Shown: positions 10,564 to 20,372, numbered from the stretch's first letter. The stretch: DNA of 64,000 bases from Flavobacteriales bacterium (GCA_044226515.1 JBGAGX010000011.1:31085-95084); one strand, 5' to 3'. Notes: a model not told the origin generated them from the sequence alone. Made by a program: numbers and translations.

Positions 10564-11659
10564 CGCGCGCGAGCAGGCGGTAGTGGTCAAGCGCCTCGCC
10601 CACCTGCGCCGCGTTGACGGGCACGTCCACCACGGCCTGGCCGATCTCGCGCAGCAGGGTGAAGCGGAAGCCGCCGTCGGCGTTCTTCTTGTCGTTGCGC
10701 ATCAGGGCGATGAGGCGGTGGTTGTCGTCGGCGTTGAAGGCGTACGGCCGGTACAGCTCCTGCAGGTGGGCCTGGATGAGGTCGTAGGCCTCGCGGCTCA
10801 GCAGGCCCTGGCGCCAGCTGAGCCAGGCCTCGCAGACCATGCCGATGGCCACCGCCTCACCGTGCAGCAGCCCGCGCCCCTCGCCCTCCCAGGAGTGCGC
10901 CTCCAGCGCGTGCCCGATGGTGTGCCCGAAGTTGAGCACGCGGCGCACGCCGCCCTCGTGCGGATCCTCGCTCACCACGGCGCACTTGATCGCCACGGAG
11001 CGGTGCACCAGGGGGGCCAGGGCGGCCAGGTCGTGCAGCGGGGCCTGCCGGATGGCGCGGTAGTGGTCGGCATCGCGCACCAGACCGTGCTTGATCATCT
11101 CGGCCACGCCGTTCAACAGCTCCCGCTTGCCCAGGGTGCGCAGGAAGGGCACATGCACGTACACGCCCTGCGGGTCGTTGAAGAGGCCCACCAGGTTCTT
11201 GATGCCCGCGGCATCGATGCCGCACTTGCCACCGATGGCGGCGTCGACCATGCCCATGAGGCTGGTGGGCAGGTTCACCCAGCGGATGCCGCGCTTGTAG
11301 GTGCCGGCGATGAAGCCGCCCAGGTCGGTGACCACCCCGCCGCCGAGGTTCACCAGCAGGGCACCGCGTTCGGCCTCGCGCTCGCTCAGGTGCGCCCAGA
11401 TCGCGCTGCATACCTCGATGCGCTTGCTCGTCTCCCCGGGCGGCACCTCGATGGGTTCGGCGTGCTGCAGGTGGGGCACGAAGGCCAGCAGCTCGGGCAG
11501 GCAGTGCTTCAGGGTGTGCGCATCGCCCAGCACGTAGCACTGGCCCGGGGGCGCCTCGAACTGGAGCCAGCGCTCCAGCAGGGGTAGCACATGCGCCCCG
11601 ATGTACACCGGGTGGCCCGCCGCCCACAGCTCCTCGACATCACGGCCCGATGCGCTCAT
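10541..11659 (-). CDS. aroB: 3-dehydroquinate synthase
   Basis: 'LVNLGGGVVTDLGGFIAGTYKRGIRWVNLPTSLMGMVDAAIGGKCGID...FGHTIGHALE' is the DHQ synthase signature. Real start is ATG at 11659 ('MSASGRDVEELW'). The track ORF 10541..13054 is an antisense run-on over the proline dehydrogenase gene. Confidence 0.85.
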   Translation of the reverse strand: MSASGRDVEELWAAGHPVYIGAHVLPLLERWLQFEAPPGQCYVLGDAHTLKHCLPELLAFVPHLQHAEPIEVPPGETSKRIEVCSAIWAHLSEREAERGALLVNLGGGVVTDLGGFIAGTYKRGIRWVNLPTSLMGMVDAAIGGKCGIDAAGIKNLVGLFNDPQGVYVHVPFLRTLGKRELLNGVAEMIKHGLVRDADHYRAIRQAPLHDLAALAPLVHRSVAIKCAVVSEDPHEGGVRRVLNFGHTIGHALEAHSWEGEGRGLLHGEAVAIGMVCEAWLSWRQGLLSREAYDLIQAHLQELYRPYAFNADDNHRLIALMRNDKKNADGGFRFTLLREIGQAVVDVPVNAAQVGEALDHYRLLARDAQRHHP

Positions 11660-11737
11660 TGCTACTTTTGGGCGCGCTCCGGCCTGGGCCGCGCAACGCC
11701 TGCAGCCCAAAGGAACGAACAAGCCCCGCACGCCGCA

Positions 11738-12940
11738 ATGCAGCCTTCGGCACCACCCGTCGCCACCACCCTGCCCGACCTCAGCGACACGCGCATCGCG
11801 TTCGCCCACAAGAGCGACCGCGCCCTTTGGAAGGCCTACTGGCTCTTCCGGATCATCGGCAACCCCACCGTCACCGCGATGGGCGCCGGGCTCACCAAGG
11901 CAGCGCTCGCCCTGCACCTGCCCATCCGCGGCGCGGTGAAGGCCACCATCTTCGAGCAGTTCTGCGGGGGCGAGACCATCGAGGAGAGCCTGGAGACCGC
12001 CAAGGTCCTTGGCAAGAGCGGCATCGGCACCATCCTCGACCACAGCGTGGAGGGAGCGGACGATGAAGGCTCGCTGGACCATACCGTCGCCGAGGTGCTC
12101 CGCACCATCGCCGTGGCGAAAGGCCGTCCCGAGATCCCCTTCTGCGTGTTCAAGCCCACCGGCATCGCCCGGGTGGCGATCCTGGAAAAGGTGAGCGCGA
12201 AGGCCGCGTTGAACAGCGAGGAACAGGCCGAATGGCAGCGCGTGCGCGAGCGCATGGAGCGCATCTGCGAGGCCGCTTCCAAGGCGAGCGTGCCCACCCT
12301 GGTCGACGCCGAGGAGAGCTGGATCCAGGACGCCATCGACGCGCTGGTGGCCGAGATGATGGCGCGCTACAACACGCACCACGCGCTCATCTACAACACG
12401 GTGCAGCTCTACCGCCACGACCGCCTGGCCTTCCTGAAGCGGAGCACGCAGGAGGCCGCGGCGAAGGGCTATTTCCTCGGGGTGAAGCTGGTGCGTGGCG
12501 CCTACATGGAGAAGGAGCGCGAGCGTGCGGCTGAAAAAGGCTACCCCGACCCCATCCAGCCGGACAAGGCCGCCAGCGACCGCGACTACGACGAGGCCCT
12601 GCGTTGGTGCGTGGACCACATCGACCGGGTGAGCATCGTGGCCGGGACGCACAACGAGCGGAGCAGCCTGCTGCTGGCCCGGCTCATGGACGAACGCGGC
12701 ATCGCGCACCACGACACGCGCGTGTGCTTCAGCCAGCTGCTGGGCATGAGCGACAACATCAGCTACAACCTCGCCAAGGCCGGCTACCGCGTCGCGAAGT
12801 ACGTGCCCTACGGTCCCGTGCGCGAGGTGATGCCTTACCTCATCCGGCGCGCCAACGAGAACACCAGCGCGCGCGGCCAGAGCGGCCGGGAGCTCTCGCT
12901 GATCATGCAGGAGCGCAAGCGGAGGGCCGCAGCGAAGTAG
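11738..12940 (+). CDS. proline dehydrogenase family protein
   Basis: '...YVPYGPVREVMPYLIRRANENTSARGQ' is typical of proline dehydrogenase. Start at ATG 11738 ('MQPSAPP'). Divergent from aroB. Confidence 0.8.
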   Translation: MQPSAPPVATTLPDLSDTRIAFAHKSDRALWKAYWLFRIIGNPTVTAMGAGLTKAALALHLPIRGAVKATIFEQFCGGETIEESLETAKVLGKSGIGTILDHSVEGADDEGSLDHTVAEVLRTIAVAKGRPEIPFCVFKPTGIARVAILEKVSAKAALNSEEQAEWQRVRERMERICEAASKASVPTLVDAEESWIQDAIDALVAEMMARYNTHHALIYNTVQLYRHDRLAFLKRSTQEAAAKGYFLGVKLVRGAYMEKERERAAEKGYPDPIQPDKAASDRDYDEALRWCVDHIDRVSIVAGTHNERSSLLLARLMDERGIAHHDTRVCFSQLLGMSDNISYNLAKAGYRVAKYVPYGPVREVMPYLIRRANENTSARGQSGRELSLIMQERKRRAAAK

Positions 12941-12945
12941 AAGGC

Positions 12946-15105
12946 TCAGCGCTTCACGAAGCGCGATACCTGCCCGTTCACGCGCAAGGCATATGCACCG
13001 GCCGGCAGTGCGCCCACATCCACCTGTGCGAGGTTCGTTCGCAACCGTTCCCACAGCCGACCATCCGCGCCGATCACGTCAATGGCGTACGGACCGGTGG
13101 TGTCGGACAAGCTGAACGAAAGGACCTGATCCGCCGGGTTCGGCCACACCCGCAGCTGCCCCTCTGAGCCGGTCGATGAGTGCTCCTGGACCAGCGTGCT
13201 CACACCCGCCACCACCACTGCATCGTTCGTGTGGATGGGGGCGTTGAGGTCGAAGAAGATATCGGCCGCGTTGGTGAGGACGGTGCCCGGAAGCACCGGT
13301 TGTACAGGCCTGATGCGGAAGCTGAGCGCCCCGTGGCTTGCGGCCTCGTTGGTGTTGCTGTCGGGCAGCAGGATGTTCGCGAAGCGCCACTCCACCATGC
13401 GACCGGGCTTGAAGCTCACGTTGAAGGGGTGCGACGCGGTGCCCTGTTCGAAGGTGCCCATGTCGAGGTCCGCATCGATCACATCCGTCACCACCACCGT
13501 GAATGCCGTGTCGGTGCCGGTGTTCTGGAAGCGGATGGTGTACTCCAGCCAGTCGTCAGTGCCGATGATGTAGGTATCCTCGCTCCAGGCGGTGCTCGTG
13601 CGCACACGCTTGTCATTGGGATCGAAGCTGCCCACCACGGTAGTGATCGCCTGCACCTGGTCGTTCATCGGGTCCGCATCGGGCAGCGAGTTGGATACCG
13701 ACACGATCTCGGTCAGCAACGTCCCGAGCGCCATGCCGGCGGGTACCTGCAGCGCGATGGAGAAGTCCTCGTCCTGGAAGCTCACGAACTGCGGAAAGGT
13801 CCAGGTGACCAGGTTCCCGGCCACGTTCGATGGAGCAGGTGATGCGTTGACGAAGGAGAGCCCCGGATCGAAGGTCACGGACAAGGTGACCGGCCCGCTG
13901 GCCTGCGGAGAGAGGTTCCGTACCGTCCCCCACACCGAGGTGATGAAGCCCGGTCTGGCCACTTCGTGCGACGCGTACACCGCCAGGTCCAGTGGTTCCG
14001 TGCTCACGTTCGCGAGCGGGATCACCTGCGCGTTCGTGTTCATGGTGAACGGCGTGGGGATGGTGCCGGGGCAGATGCTCACCAGGGTGGGGTCGGCCTG
14101 GTCGAGCGTATAGCTGCCGTTCACTATGGGGAAACCGTAATGACCGCTGGAGTCCGTGAGCACGTTCAAGTTGCCTGGCTGGATCACCAAGGGACTGAAC
14201 GGAATGGGCACCTCCGCAGCATCCTGCACACAATCCGCATCGAGGTCGTACCAACTGGTGCCGCTCACAGTGCCGCAGTTGGGACCGAGGTCACCGATGG
14301 TGAATGCCGTGGAGATGCCCATGCATTGGTTCACCATGGACCACGTGTAGTTCTGCACGACCGCGTAGTAGCCGGCGGCCAATCCGGTCAAGGTCAGCGG
14401 GTCGATCGACTGGTAGCTCTGGCCCACCACCTGGTTGTTCCAGTCGTACACGGTGATGTCCATGGGCCAGTCGGCGCTGTTCGGCTCGATCACGATCGAA
14501 CCGAGGGACGACCCGCAAACAGGGGTGTTGCCCAAATGGTTGACCGCTATGCCCAAGGGTCCATCGACAGTGAAGAGATCCGACCCCACGCACCCCGACG
14601 CATCCGTCACCGTGTAGTACACCTGGTCGCCCTGGGCCACGCCCACGTAAAGGGGATCGCCGTTGAACGTTCCGGTCTGACCCATCGGCGTGCCGTTCAC
14701 CTCGAGGCTCACGGTGTATGGCGGCGTGCCCGGCGTCAGGCTGTTCAACACCGCGAACGCACCATCGGACTGCATGGGACAGGGGAACATGCCCGCATAC
14801 GTCACGCCGGGCAATGGCATCGTGCCGGCCACGAGGGTGACGCCGTAGTTGTCCGTATCACCACCGCTGTCGGTCACCGTAAGGGAATAGAAACCTGCTG
14901 ACAGACCCGTGCGCGAAGCAGTGGTGGCCCCATCGGACCATTGATAGGTGTACGGCGGCGCCCCTCCCGTCACCCATACAGTGATGCTCCCGTCGCTGTT
15001 GAAGCAGGTCGGGTCGTGGGCGTAAGCACCGATCTGCACGGCGAACACAACATCCGGCATTGCACCCAGGAACGCTAAGAGGAGAATTGAACGCATGATG
15101 ATCAC
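12946..15105 (-). CDS. T9SS cargo protein (SprB-like N-terminal repeats, DPNDK/FQNTGTDTAF module, type-A CTD)
   Basis: Signal 'MRSILLLAFLGAMPDVVFA'. 'GGAPPYTYQWSDG' SprB-type repeat. 'SFDPNDKRVRTS...RFQNTGTDTAFTVVVTDVIDADLDMGTFEQG'. C-terminus 'LRVWPNPADQVLSFSL...GAYALRVNGQVSRFVKR'. GTG start overlaps the stop of the upstream paralog (ATGA-type coupling). Confidence 0.7.
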   Translation of the reverse strand: MIIMRSILLLAFLGAMPDVVFAVQIGAYAHDPTCFNSDGSITVWVTGGAPPYTYQWSDGATTASRTGLSAGFYSLTVTDSGGDTDNYGVTLVAGTMPLPGVTYAGMFPCPMQSDGAFAVLNSLTPGTPPYTVSLEVNGTPMGQTGTFNGDPLYVGVAQGDQVYYTVTDASGCVGSDLFTVDGPLGIAVNHLGNTPVCGSSLGSIVIEPNSADWPMDITVYDWNNQVVGQSYQSIDPLTLTGLAAGYYAVVQNYTWSMVNQCMGISTAFTIGDLGPNCGTVSGTSWYDLDADCVQDAAEVPIPFSPLVIQPGNLNVLTDSSGHYGFPIVNGSYTLDQADPTLVSICPGTIPTPFTMNTNAQVIPLANVSTEPLDLAVYASHEVARPGFITSVWGTVRNLSPQASGPVTLSVTFDPGLSFVNASPAPSNVAGNLVTWTFPQFVSFQDEDFSIALQVPAGMALGTLLTEIVSVSNSLPDADPMNDQVQAITTVVGSFDPNDKRVRTSTAWSEDTYIIGTDDWLEYTIRFQNTGTDTAFTVVVTDVIDADLDMGTFEQGTASHPFNVSFKPGRMVEWRFANILLPDSNTNEAASHGALSFRIRPVQPVLPGTVLTNAADIFFDLNAPIHTNDAVVVAGVSTLVQEHSSTGSEGQLRVWPNPADQVLSFSLSDTTGPYAIDVIGADGRLWERLRTNLAQVDVGALPAGAYALRVNGQVSRFVKR

Positions 15106-17288
15106 AGGTTGATCAGCCGGACGAAGTGGATGGTTCCATCGCTGATCCTGGCCTTCACCACGTAGCCACCCGAGGCAAGACCGTTCAGGTCCATGTGGAC
15201 CGACCGCCCCGATGCGACCACGCGCCGGGCGACCCGACCGTCCATCGAAAGCAGTTCCACGCTCTGAAGTTCGGCATCACCAACGGATACATTGATCGCG
15301 TCCTGCGCAGGGTTCGGCCACACGCGCAAACGCTCCTGCCCGTGCTCCTGCACCGCGGTGCTCACCTCGGCCGTCACCACCGCATCGTTCGTGCGCACCG
15401 GTGCATTGAAGTCGAAGAAGATGTCCGCGTTGTTGCGGTACTCGGTCCCGGGCAGCACAGGCTGCATGGGGCGGATGCGGAAGCTCACCGCACCATGGCT
15501 TGCCACTTCGTTCGTGCCGCTGTCGGGCAACAGGATGTTGGCGAAGGTCCACCGCACCACGCGCTCCGGCAGGAACTGCACGGTGAACGCATGGCTGGCC
15601 ACGCCCTGCTCGAAGAAGGCCATATCGAGGTCGGCATCGAGGGTATCGGTCACCACCACCGTGAAGGCCGTGTCGGTACCGGTGTTCTGGAACCGGATCG
15701 TGTAGTCCAGCCATTCATCCGTGCCGATGATGTAGGTGTCGTCGCTCCAGCCCGAGCTGGTGCGGACGTTCTTGTCGTTGGGGTCGTAGCTGCCCTGCAC
15801 GGCCGTTGCGTGGGTGCTGGTGTTGTTGGCGGGCACCCCGTCAGGCAGCGTGTTGTCCACGGCGGCGATGTTCACCACGGGCGCTCCGAGCGGAGCGGTC
15901 ACCGGAACGTTCACCACCACGTGGATGTTGTTGGACTGGTAGGGCGCGAAGGCCGGGAAGTTCCACGTGAGCACGTTGCCGGCGATGGTGTTCGGCGGAG
16001 GAACCGCGCCGACGTAGACGAGCAGCAGGTCCAGGGTGCACGTCACCGTGACCGGACCGCTGAGCTGGGGCGAGGCGTTGCGGGCGTTGAGCCACACGTT
16101 GGCATCGAAACCCGGGCGGAAGGGTCCGCCGGTGAGCGACACCCGCATGTCCAACGGCGCCGTGCTGCTGTCGGCGAGGCTCAGGCTCACGGTGTTGTTG
16201 TTCACGGTGAACGGCGTGGGCACCTGGGCCGGGCAATGCTGGATGAGCGCGGGATCGGTCTGCGCCAGGGTGTAGCTGCCGTTGGCAACGTTGGTGGTGA
16301 AGGAGCCGCCCGCATCGGTGATGGCGTACACGGCACCGGGCTGGATCAGCAGCACCTCGTACGGCACGCCCGCTTCGAAGCCATCGTGCACGCAGTCCTG
16401 GTCGGCATCGATGTACACCTCGCCGCTCACCGTGCCGCACGTGGGGCCCAGGTCGGGCACGTCGAAGCCCACGGTATCGAGGTAGTTGCAGGGGTAGGCG
16501 GTATACTGGTACCCGTTGTTCCAATCGCGGCCCACCGCGTAATGGCCGGGCAGCAGACCGGTGAAGCCGCCGTTGCCGTAGCTGTTGATGATGTTGCCCT
16601 GCGCATCGAAGAGAAGCAGCACGGGCGGCTGGAACCAGCTGTAGCCATTGTAGATGTTGCCCACCGTGACCGCGCCGTTCGCGCCGCCGTTGCAGCTGGG
16701 CACCACGCTCTGGATCACCATGGGACCGGCGCCCACCTGCGGCTCCATCACGGTCTCCACCGCGGTGCCGGTGCAGCCGTTCGCATCGGTCACCTGAATG
16801 AACACATCCGTGCCGCCGCACGTGCCGGGGAAGATGAAGTACGGGTCGCTCTGCGCATCGTACCCCGCAGGAGCCGGGTAGTACTGGAAGGGCGGCGTAC
16901 CGCCGATGTAGGGTTCAATGAGCTGCACCTCCCCCCAGCATTGGCCGGGGCAGTTGGCGTGTCCATCCTGCGCGAAATAGGGGATCACCAGCGCATTGTT
17001 GTTGTTGATCGTCACCGTCACCTGGTCCTGCGCGCTCATGGCGTCGGTCACCACCAGGGTGTAGGTGCCGGCCGGAATGTTGTAGAGGTCCTCGGTGATG
17101 GCGCCGTTCGACCAGGAATAGCTGTACGGCGGCGACCCACCTGACACACCCGCATCGATGTACCCGTTGGACGTACCGCACGTCTCGTCCATGGATTGGA
17201 CGATGTACGCGTCCAGCGTGACCGGCGCGGCAACAAGGCGCTGGAGCATCAGCGTCGTGGCGAAAAGCAGGCGGAAGCGGATGGGCAT
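15102..17288 (-). CDS. SprB-repeat T9SS cargo protein (paralog of 12946..15105)
   Basis: Trimmed to ATG at 17288 ('MPIRFRLLFATTLMLQRLVAAP'). 'GYIDAGVSGGSPPYSYSWSNG' SprB repeat. 'GSYDPNDKNVRTSSGWSDDTYIIGTDEWLDYTIRFQNTGTDTAF'. C-terminus 'LRVWPNPAQDAINVSV...GGYVVKARISDGTIHFVRLINL'. The upstream part of track ORF 15102..18770 is antisense to the CoA-transferase gene. Confidence 0.7.
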   Translation of the reverse strand: MPIRFRLLFATTLMLQRLVAAPVTLDAYIVQSMDETCGTSNGYIDAGVSGGSPPYSYSWSNGAITEDLYNIPAGTYTLVVTDAMSAQDQVTVTINNNNALVIPYFAQDGHANCPGQCWGEVQLIEPYIGGTPPFQYYPAPAGYDAQSDPYFIFPGTCGGTDVFIQVTDANGCTGTAVETVMEPQVGAGPMVIQSVVPSCNGGANGAVTVGNIYNGYSWFQPPVLLLFDAQGNIINSYGNGGFTGLLPGHYAVGRDWNNGYQYTAYPCNYLDTVGFDVPDLGPTCGTVSGEVYIDADQDCVHDGFEAGVPYEVLLIQPGAVYAITDAGGSFTTNVANGSYTLAQTDPALIQHCPAQVPTPFTVNNNTVSLSLADSSTAPLDMRVSLTGGPFRPGFDANVWLNARNASPQLSGPVTVTCTLDLLLVYVGAVPPPNTIAGNVLTWNFPAFAPYQSNNIHVVVNVPVTAPLGAPVVNIAAVDNTLPDGVPANNTSTHATAVQGSYDPNDKNVRTSSGWSDDTYIIGTDEWLDYTIRFQNTGTDTAFTVVVTDTLDADLDMAFFEQGVASHAFTVQFLPERVVRWTFANILLPDSGTNEVASHGAVSFRIRPMQPVLPGTEYRNNADIFFDFNAPVRTNDAVVTAEVSTAVQEHGQERLRVWPNPAQDAINVSVGDAELQSVELLSMDGRVARRVVASGRSVHMDLNGLASGGYVVKARISDGTIHFVRLINL

Positions 17289-17402
17289 GCGGGGGTGGCT
17301 TGGTGCGAAGACGCGGATGCGGGAGGAAGGATGCCACCCTGAAGGTCGGTACTTCTGACGAACAACAGGTGGACGCACCGTCCCTCCCCCGACCTTCGCC
17401 CC

Positions 17403-18686
17403 ATGGAACGCTGGATGACCGCGGCCGAGGCCGCACGCCTGGTGAAGAGCGGCGACCGTGTGTTCGTGCACGGCAGCGCCGCCACGCCGCACACCCTGCT
17501 GAACGCCCTGCTGGCCCGCGCGCCGGAGCTGGAAAAGGTGGAGCTGGTGAGCATCAGCACGCTCGGGCACATCGACTTCGACCGCCCGGCCGTGCAACGC
17601 AGCTTCTTCGTGAACAGCCTCTTCGTGAGCGAGAACGTGCGCGCCGTGGTGAACGGGCCTTACGGTGAATACGTGCCCGTGTTCCTGAGCGAGATCCCCC
17701 TGCTGTTCGAACGTGGGATCCTGCCGCTCGATGTGGCGCTGGTGCACGTGAGCCCGCCCGACCGCCACGGCTTCTGCACCCTGGGCGTGAGCGTGGACGT
17801 GGCCCGCAGCGCCGTGCGCAACGCCAAGCTGGTGATCGCGCAGGTGAACCCCCGCATGCCGCGCACCCACGGCGAAGGCCAGGTGCACGTGAGCAGCTTC
17901 GCCGCGTTGGTGCAGGTGGATGACGCCCTGCCCGAGGTGGACTACGGCAGCCGCATCGGCCCCAAGGAGGAGCACATCGGTCGCCTGTGCGCCGAGCTTG
18001 TGGAGGACCGCAGCACCCTGCAGATGGGCATCGGTGCCATCCCCGACGCCATCCTGCGCTGCCTGGGCGGGCACAAGGACCTGGGCGTGCACACCGAGAT
18101 GTGCAGCAACGGCATCATCGACCTGCTGGAGCGCGGAGCGATCACCAACCGCTACAAGAAGAAGTACAAGGACCGGGTGGTCACCACCTTCGCCATCGGC
18201 ACGCGGGCGCTGTACGACCGCATCGACGACAACCCCGCCTTCGCCTTCCTCGACGCGCAGTACGTGAACGCGGGCCACGTGATCCGGCAGAACCCGCGGG
18301 TGGTGGCCGTGAACAGCGCCATCGAGGTGGACCTCACCGGGCAGGTGTGCAGCGACAGCATCGGCACCTACCACTACAGCGGGGTGGGCGGGCAGATGGA
18401 CTTCATGCGCGGGGCGGCGCTGAGCGAGGGCGGCAAGCCCATCATCGCGCTGTGCAGCACCACGGGCAAGGGGGAAAGCAAGATCGTGCCCTTCCTGCGG
18501 CAGGGCGCCGGCGTGGTCACCACCCGGGCCCATGTGCACTACGCGGTCACCGAGCACGGCGTGGCCAACCTCTTCGGCCGCAACATGCGGCAGCGCGCAG
18601 AAGCCCTGCGCGACATCGCCCACCCCGACCACCGGGAGGCGCTGGACCGTGCCATCGTGGAGCGCTTCGGGCCGAAGGTGATCTGA
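17403..18686 (+). CDS. acetyl-CoA hydrolase/transferase family protein (4-hydroxybutyrate/succinyl-CoA:acetate CoA-transferase-like)
   Basis: '...MGIGAIPDAILRCLGGHKDLGVHTEMCSNGIIDLLERGAITN...AIEVDLTGQVCSDSIGTYHYSGVGGQMDFMRGAALSEGGKPIIAL' matches the AcetylCoA_hydro/CoA-transferase C-terminal region. Confidence 0.8.
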   Translation: MERWMTAAEAARLVKSGDRVFVHGSAATPHTLLNALLARAPELEKVELVSISTLGHIDFDRPAVQRSFFVNSLFVSENVRAVVNGPYGEYVPVFLSEIPLLFERGILPLDVALVHVSPPDRHGFCTLGVSVDVARSAVRNAKLVIAQVNPRMPRTHGEGQVHVSSFAALVQVDDALPEVDYGSRIGPKEEHIGRLCAELVEDRSTLQMGIGAIPDAILRCLGGHKDLGVHTEMCSNGIIDLLERGAITNRYKKKYKDRVVTTFAIGTRALYDRIDDNPAFAFLDAQYVNAGHVIRQNPRVVAVNSAIEVDLTGQVCSDSIGTYHYSGVGGQMDFMRGAALSEGGKPIIALCSTTGKGESKIVPFLRQGAGVVTTRAHVHYAVTEHGVANLFGRNMRQRAEALRDIAHPDHREALDRAIVERFGPKVI

Positions 18687-18793
18687 GCGCATCGGCCCAG
18701 CGGCAGCGTTCGCACCGCCGCGGAGGCGATCCGCACAACGCACCCGGCGGTGGGGACAGGCGCGCGGCATCTTCGGGGTACACCGATCACATC

Positions 18794-19342
18794 ATGGCCC
18801 ACATCACCCTCAAGAACGAACAGTTGCCCGGCATCATCGGGCTCATGCATTTCCGTCCGGAGACGGCGGTGCCCCTGAACGCCCTGGTCGAGACCCTGCT
18901 GCGCGGCCCCAATTCGCTCACACCGGGCGAGCGCGAGCTGATCGCCAGCAGCGTGAGCTGGTGGAACGACTGCCACTTCTGCCACACCACGCACGGCGCG
19001 GCGGCCGCGGCGCACCACGGCGGCGACCTCAACCTCATCGACGAGATCAAGGCCGGTCTGCCCGAACGCGAACTGAGCCCGAAGATGCGCGCGCTGCTGG
19101 CGATCGCGAAGCACGTGCAGCAGGGCGGCAAGCACGTCACCGAGGCCGACATCGCCGCGGCGCGTGCGGCCGGCGCAACGGACGTGGAGATCCACGACAC
19201 GGTGCTCATCGCCGCCGCCTTCTGCATGTTCAACCGCTACGTGGACGGTCTGGGCACCTGGAGCCCGCAGCCCAAGGAGGCCTACAAGGAGGTGGGCGAG
19301 ATGCTCGCGTTCAAGGGCTACATCAACAGCATCCCCGCCTGA
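18794..19342 (+). CDS. carboxymuconolactone decarboxylase (CMD/AhpD-like) family protein, copy 1
   Basis: ATG at 18794 ('MAHITLKNEQLPGIIGLMHFRPETA...SVSWWNDCHFCHTTH'). Conserved Cxx(C)H of AhpD-like peroxidase-related enzymes. Tandem with copy 2. Confidence 0.75.
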   Translation: MAHITLKNEQLPGIIGLMHFRPETAVPLNALVETLLRGPNSLTPGERELIASSVSWWNDCHFCHTTHGAAAAAHHGGDLNLIDEIKAGLPERELSPKMRALLAIAKHVQQGGKHVTEADIAAARAAGATDVEIHDTVLIAAAFCMFNRYVDGLGTWSPQPKEAYKEVGEMLAFKGYINSIPA

Positions 19343-19914
19343 TGCCGCACATCGACCTGCCGCCGGGCCACTCGCCGGGCATCAGTGGCCTCCTCATCTA
19401 CCGGCCCGAGACCGCACACCCGTTGCGCGAACTGGTGGAGGTGCTGCTGCGCGGTCCGAACAGCCTCTCGCCCGGTGAACGCGAGATCATCGCCGCGAGC
19501 GTGAGCTGGTGGAACGGCTGCCACTTCTGCCACACGAGCCATGCGGCGGCGGCATGCGCGCACCTGGGCCGCGACGCGGAGTTCATTGACGCCATCAAGG
19601 CCGGGCTGCCCGATGAGCCGCTGAGCCCCAAGATGCGCGCCCTGCTGCAGGTGGCCCACCAGGTGCAGCGTGGTGGGAAGCACGTCACCGCGGACGACAT
19701 CGGCGCGGCGCGCAAGGCCGGCGCCACCGACCTGGAGATCCATGACACGGTGCTCATCGCCGCCGCCTTCTGCATGTTCAACCGCTACGTGGACGGGCTC
19801 GATACCTGGGCCTGGCCCGAAAAGGAGAAGTTCATGGAGATCGGTGGGAAGATGGCGCACGAGGGGTACATGGAGCCCTACCGGCCATCGTTCAGCCACG
19901 GTGAAGGAGGGTGA
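19342..19914 (+). CDS. carboxymuconolactone decarboxylase (CMD/AhpD-like) family protein, copy 2 (tandem paralog)
   Basis: ATG at 19342 overlaps the TGA of copy 1 (TGATG). 'MPHIDLPPGHSPGISGLLIYRPETA...SVSWWNGCHFCHTSH'. Strong nucleotide-level similarity to copy 1. Confidence 0.75.
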   Translation: MPHIDLPPGHSPGISGLLIYRPETAHPLRELVEVLLRGPNSLSPGEREIIAASVSWWNGCHFCHTSHAAAACAHLGRDAEFIDAIKAGLPDEPLSPKMRALLQVAHQVQRGGKHVTADDIGAARKAGATDLEIHDTVLIAAAFCMFNRYVDGLDTWAWPEKEKFMEIGGKMAHEGYMEPYRPSFSHGEGG

Positions 19915-19991
19915 GGGCGCCGCACACGGCACGGTGGGATCATCGCACCGGGCCCTCGGTTCCGCGCGGTCGGCGACAGTATCTTTGAAGC

Positions 19992-20372
19992 GTGATGCGC
20001 CTGCTGACCTTCGTGCTCGCCCTTTACCTCGTCTCCGTGGTGGGGCCGTTCGCGGCCGTGCTCAACTTCGTGGCGCAGGGCGACCGCATCGCCCGGGAAT
20101 TGTGCGTGCAGCGGTCCGTACCCGAAGCGCAACGCACCTGCCACGGGCAATGCCACCTGAGGAAGCAGCTCAAGGAGGCCGGTGATCCAACGAACGACAA
20201 GGGTCCTTTGGCCCCCAGTTTCCGCTACGAGGAGCAATGCCTGGAACGGTCCACCCTCCGCGTTGACGTGCTGGCACCGCCCGCATCCTCCCGTGCGCTT
20301 CCGCCGGAACCGGCATGCGCACCGCTCCCCGGTCACGTGCCCCGGCAGGAAGGGGTGCCTCGCGTGGGATGA
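19992..20372 (+). CDS. hypothetical small membrane-anchored protein
   Basis: N-terminal TM helix 'MMRLLTFVLALYLVSVVGPFAAVLNFV' with good GC3 bias for about 60 codons. Contains 'CHGQCH'. The 3' extent is uncertain because codon bias decays. Confidence 0.35.
   Translation: MMRLLTFVLALYLVSVVGPFAAVLNFVAQGDRIARELCVQRSVPEAQRTCHGQCHLRKQLKEAGDPTNDKGPLAPSFRYEEQCLERSTLRVDVLAPPASSRALPPEPACAPLPGHVPRQEGVPRVG

Noticed and set aside
10541-13054. 837-aa merged ORF
   Set aside because: Only 10541..11659 is aroB. The upstream portion is antisense to the proline dehydrogenase gene (11738..12940 +).
15102-18770. 1222-aa merged ORF
   Set aside because: Real gene is 15102..17288 (SprB-repeat cargo with signal peptide at the internal ATG). 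The remainder is antisense to the CoA-transferase gene.
17987-19342. 451-aa ORF spanning the CoA-transferase 3' half and CMD copy 1
   Set aside because: Out of frame with the CoA-transferase for its first about 700 bp. The real CMD gene starts at the internal ATG 18794 after the transferase stop.
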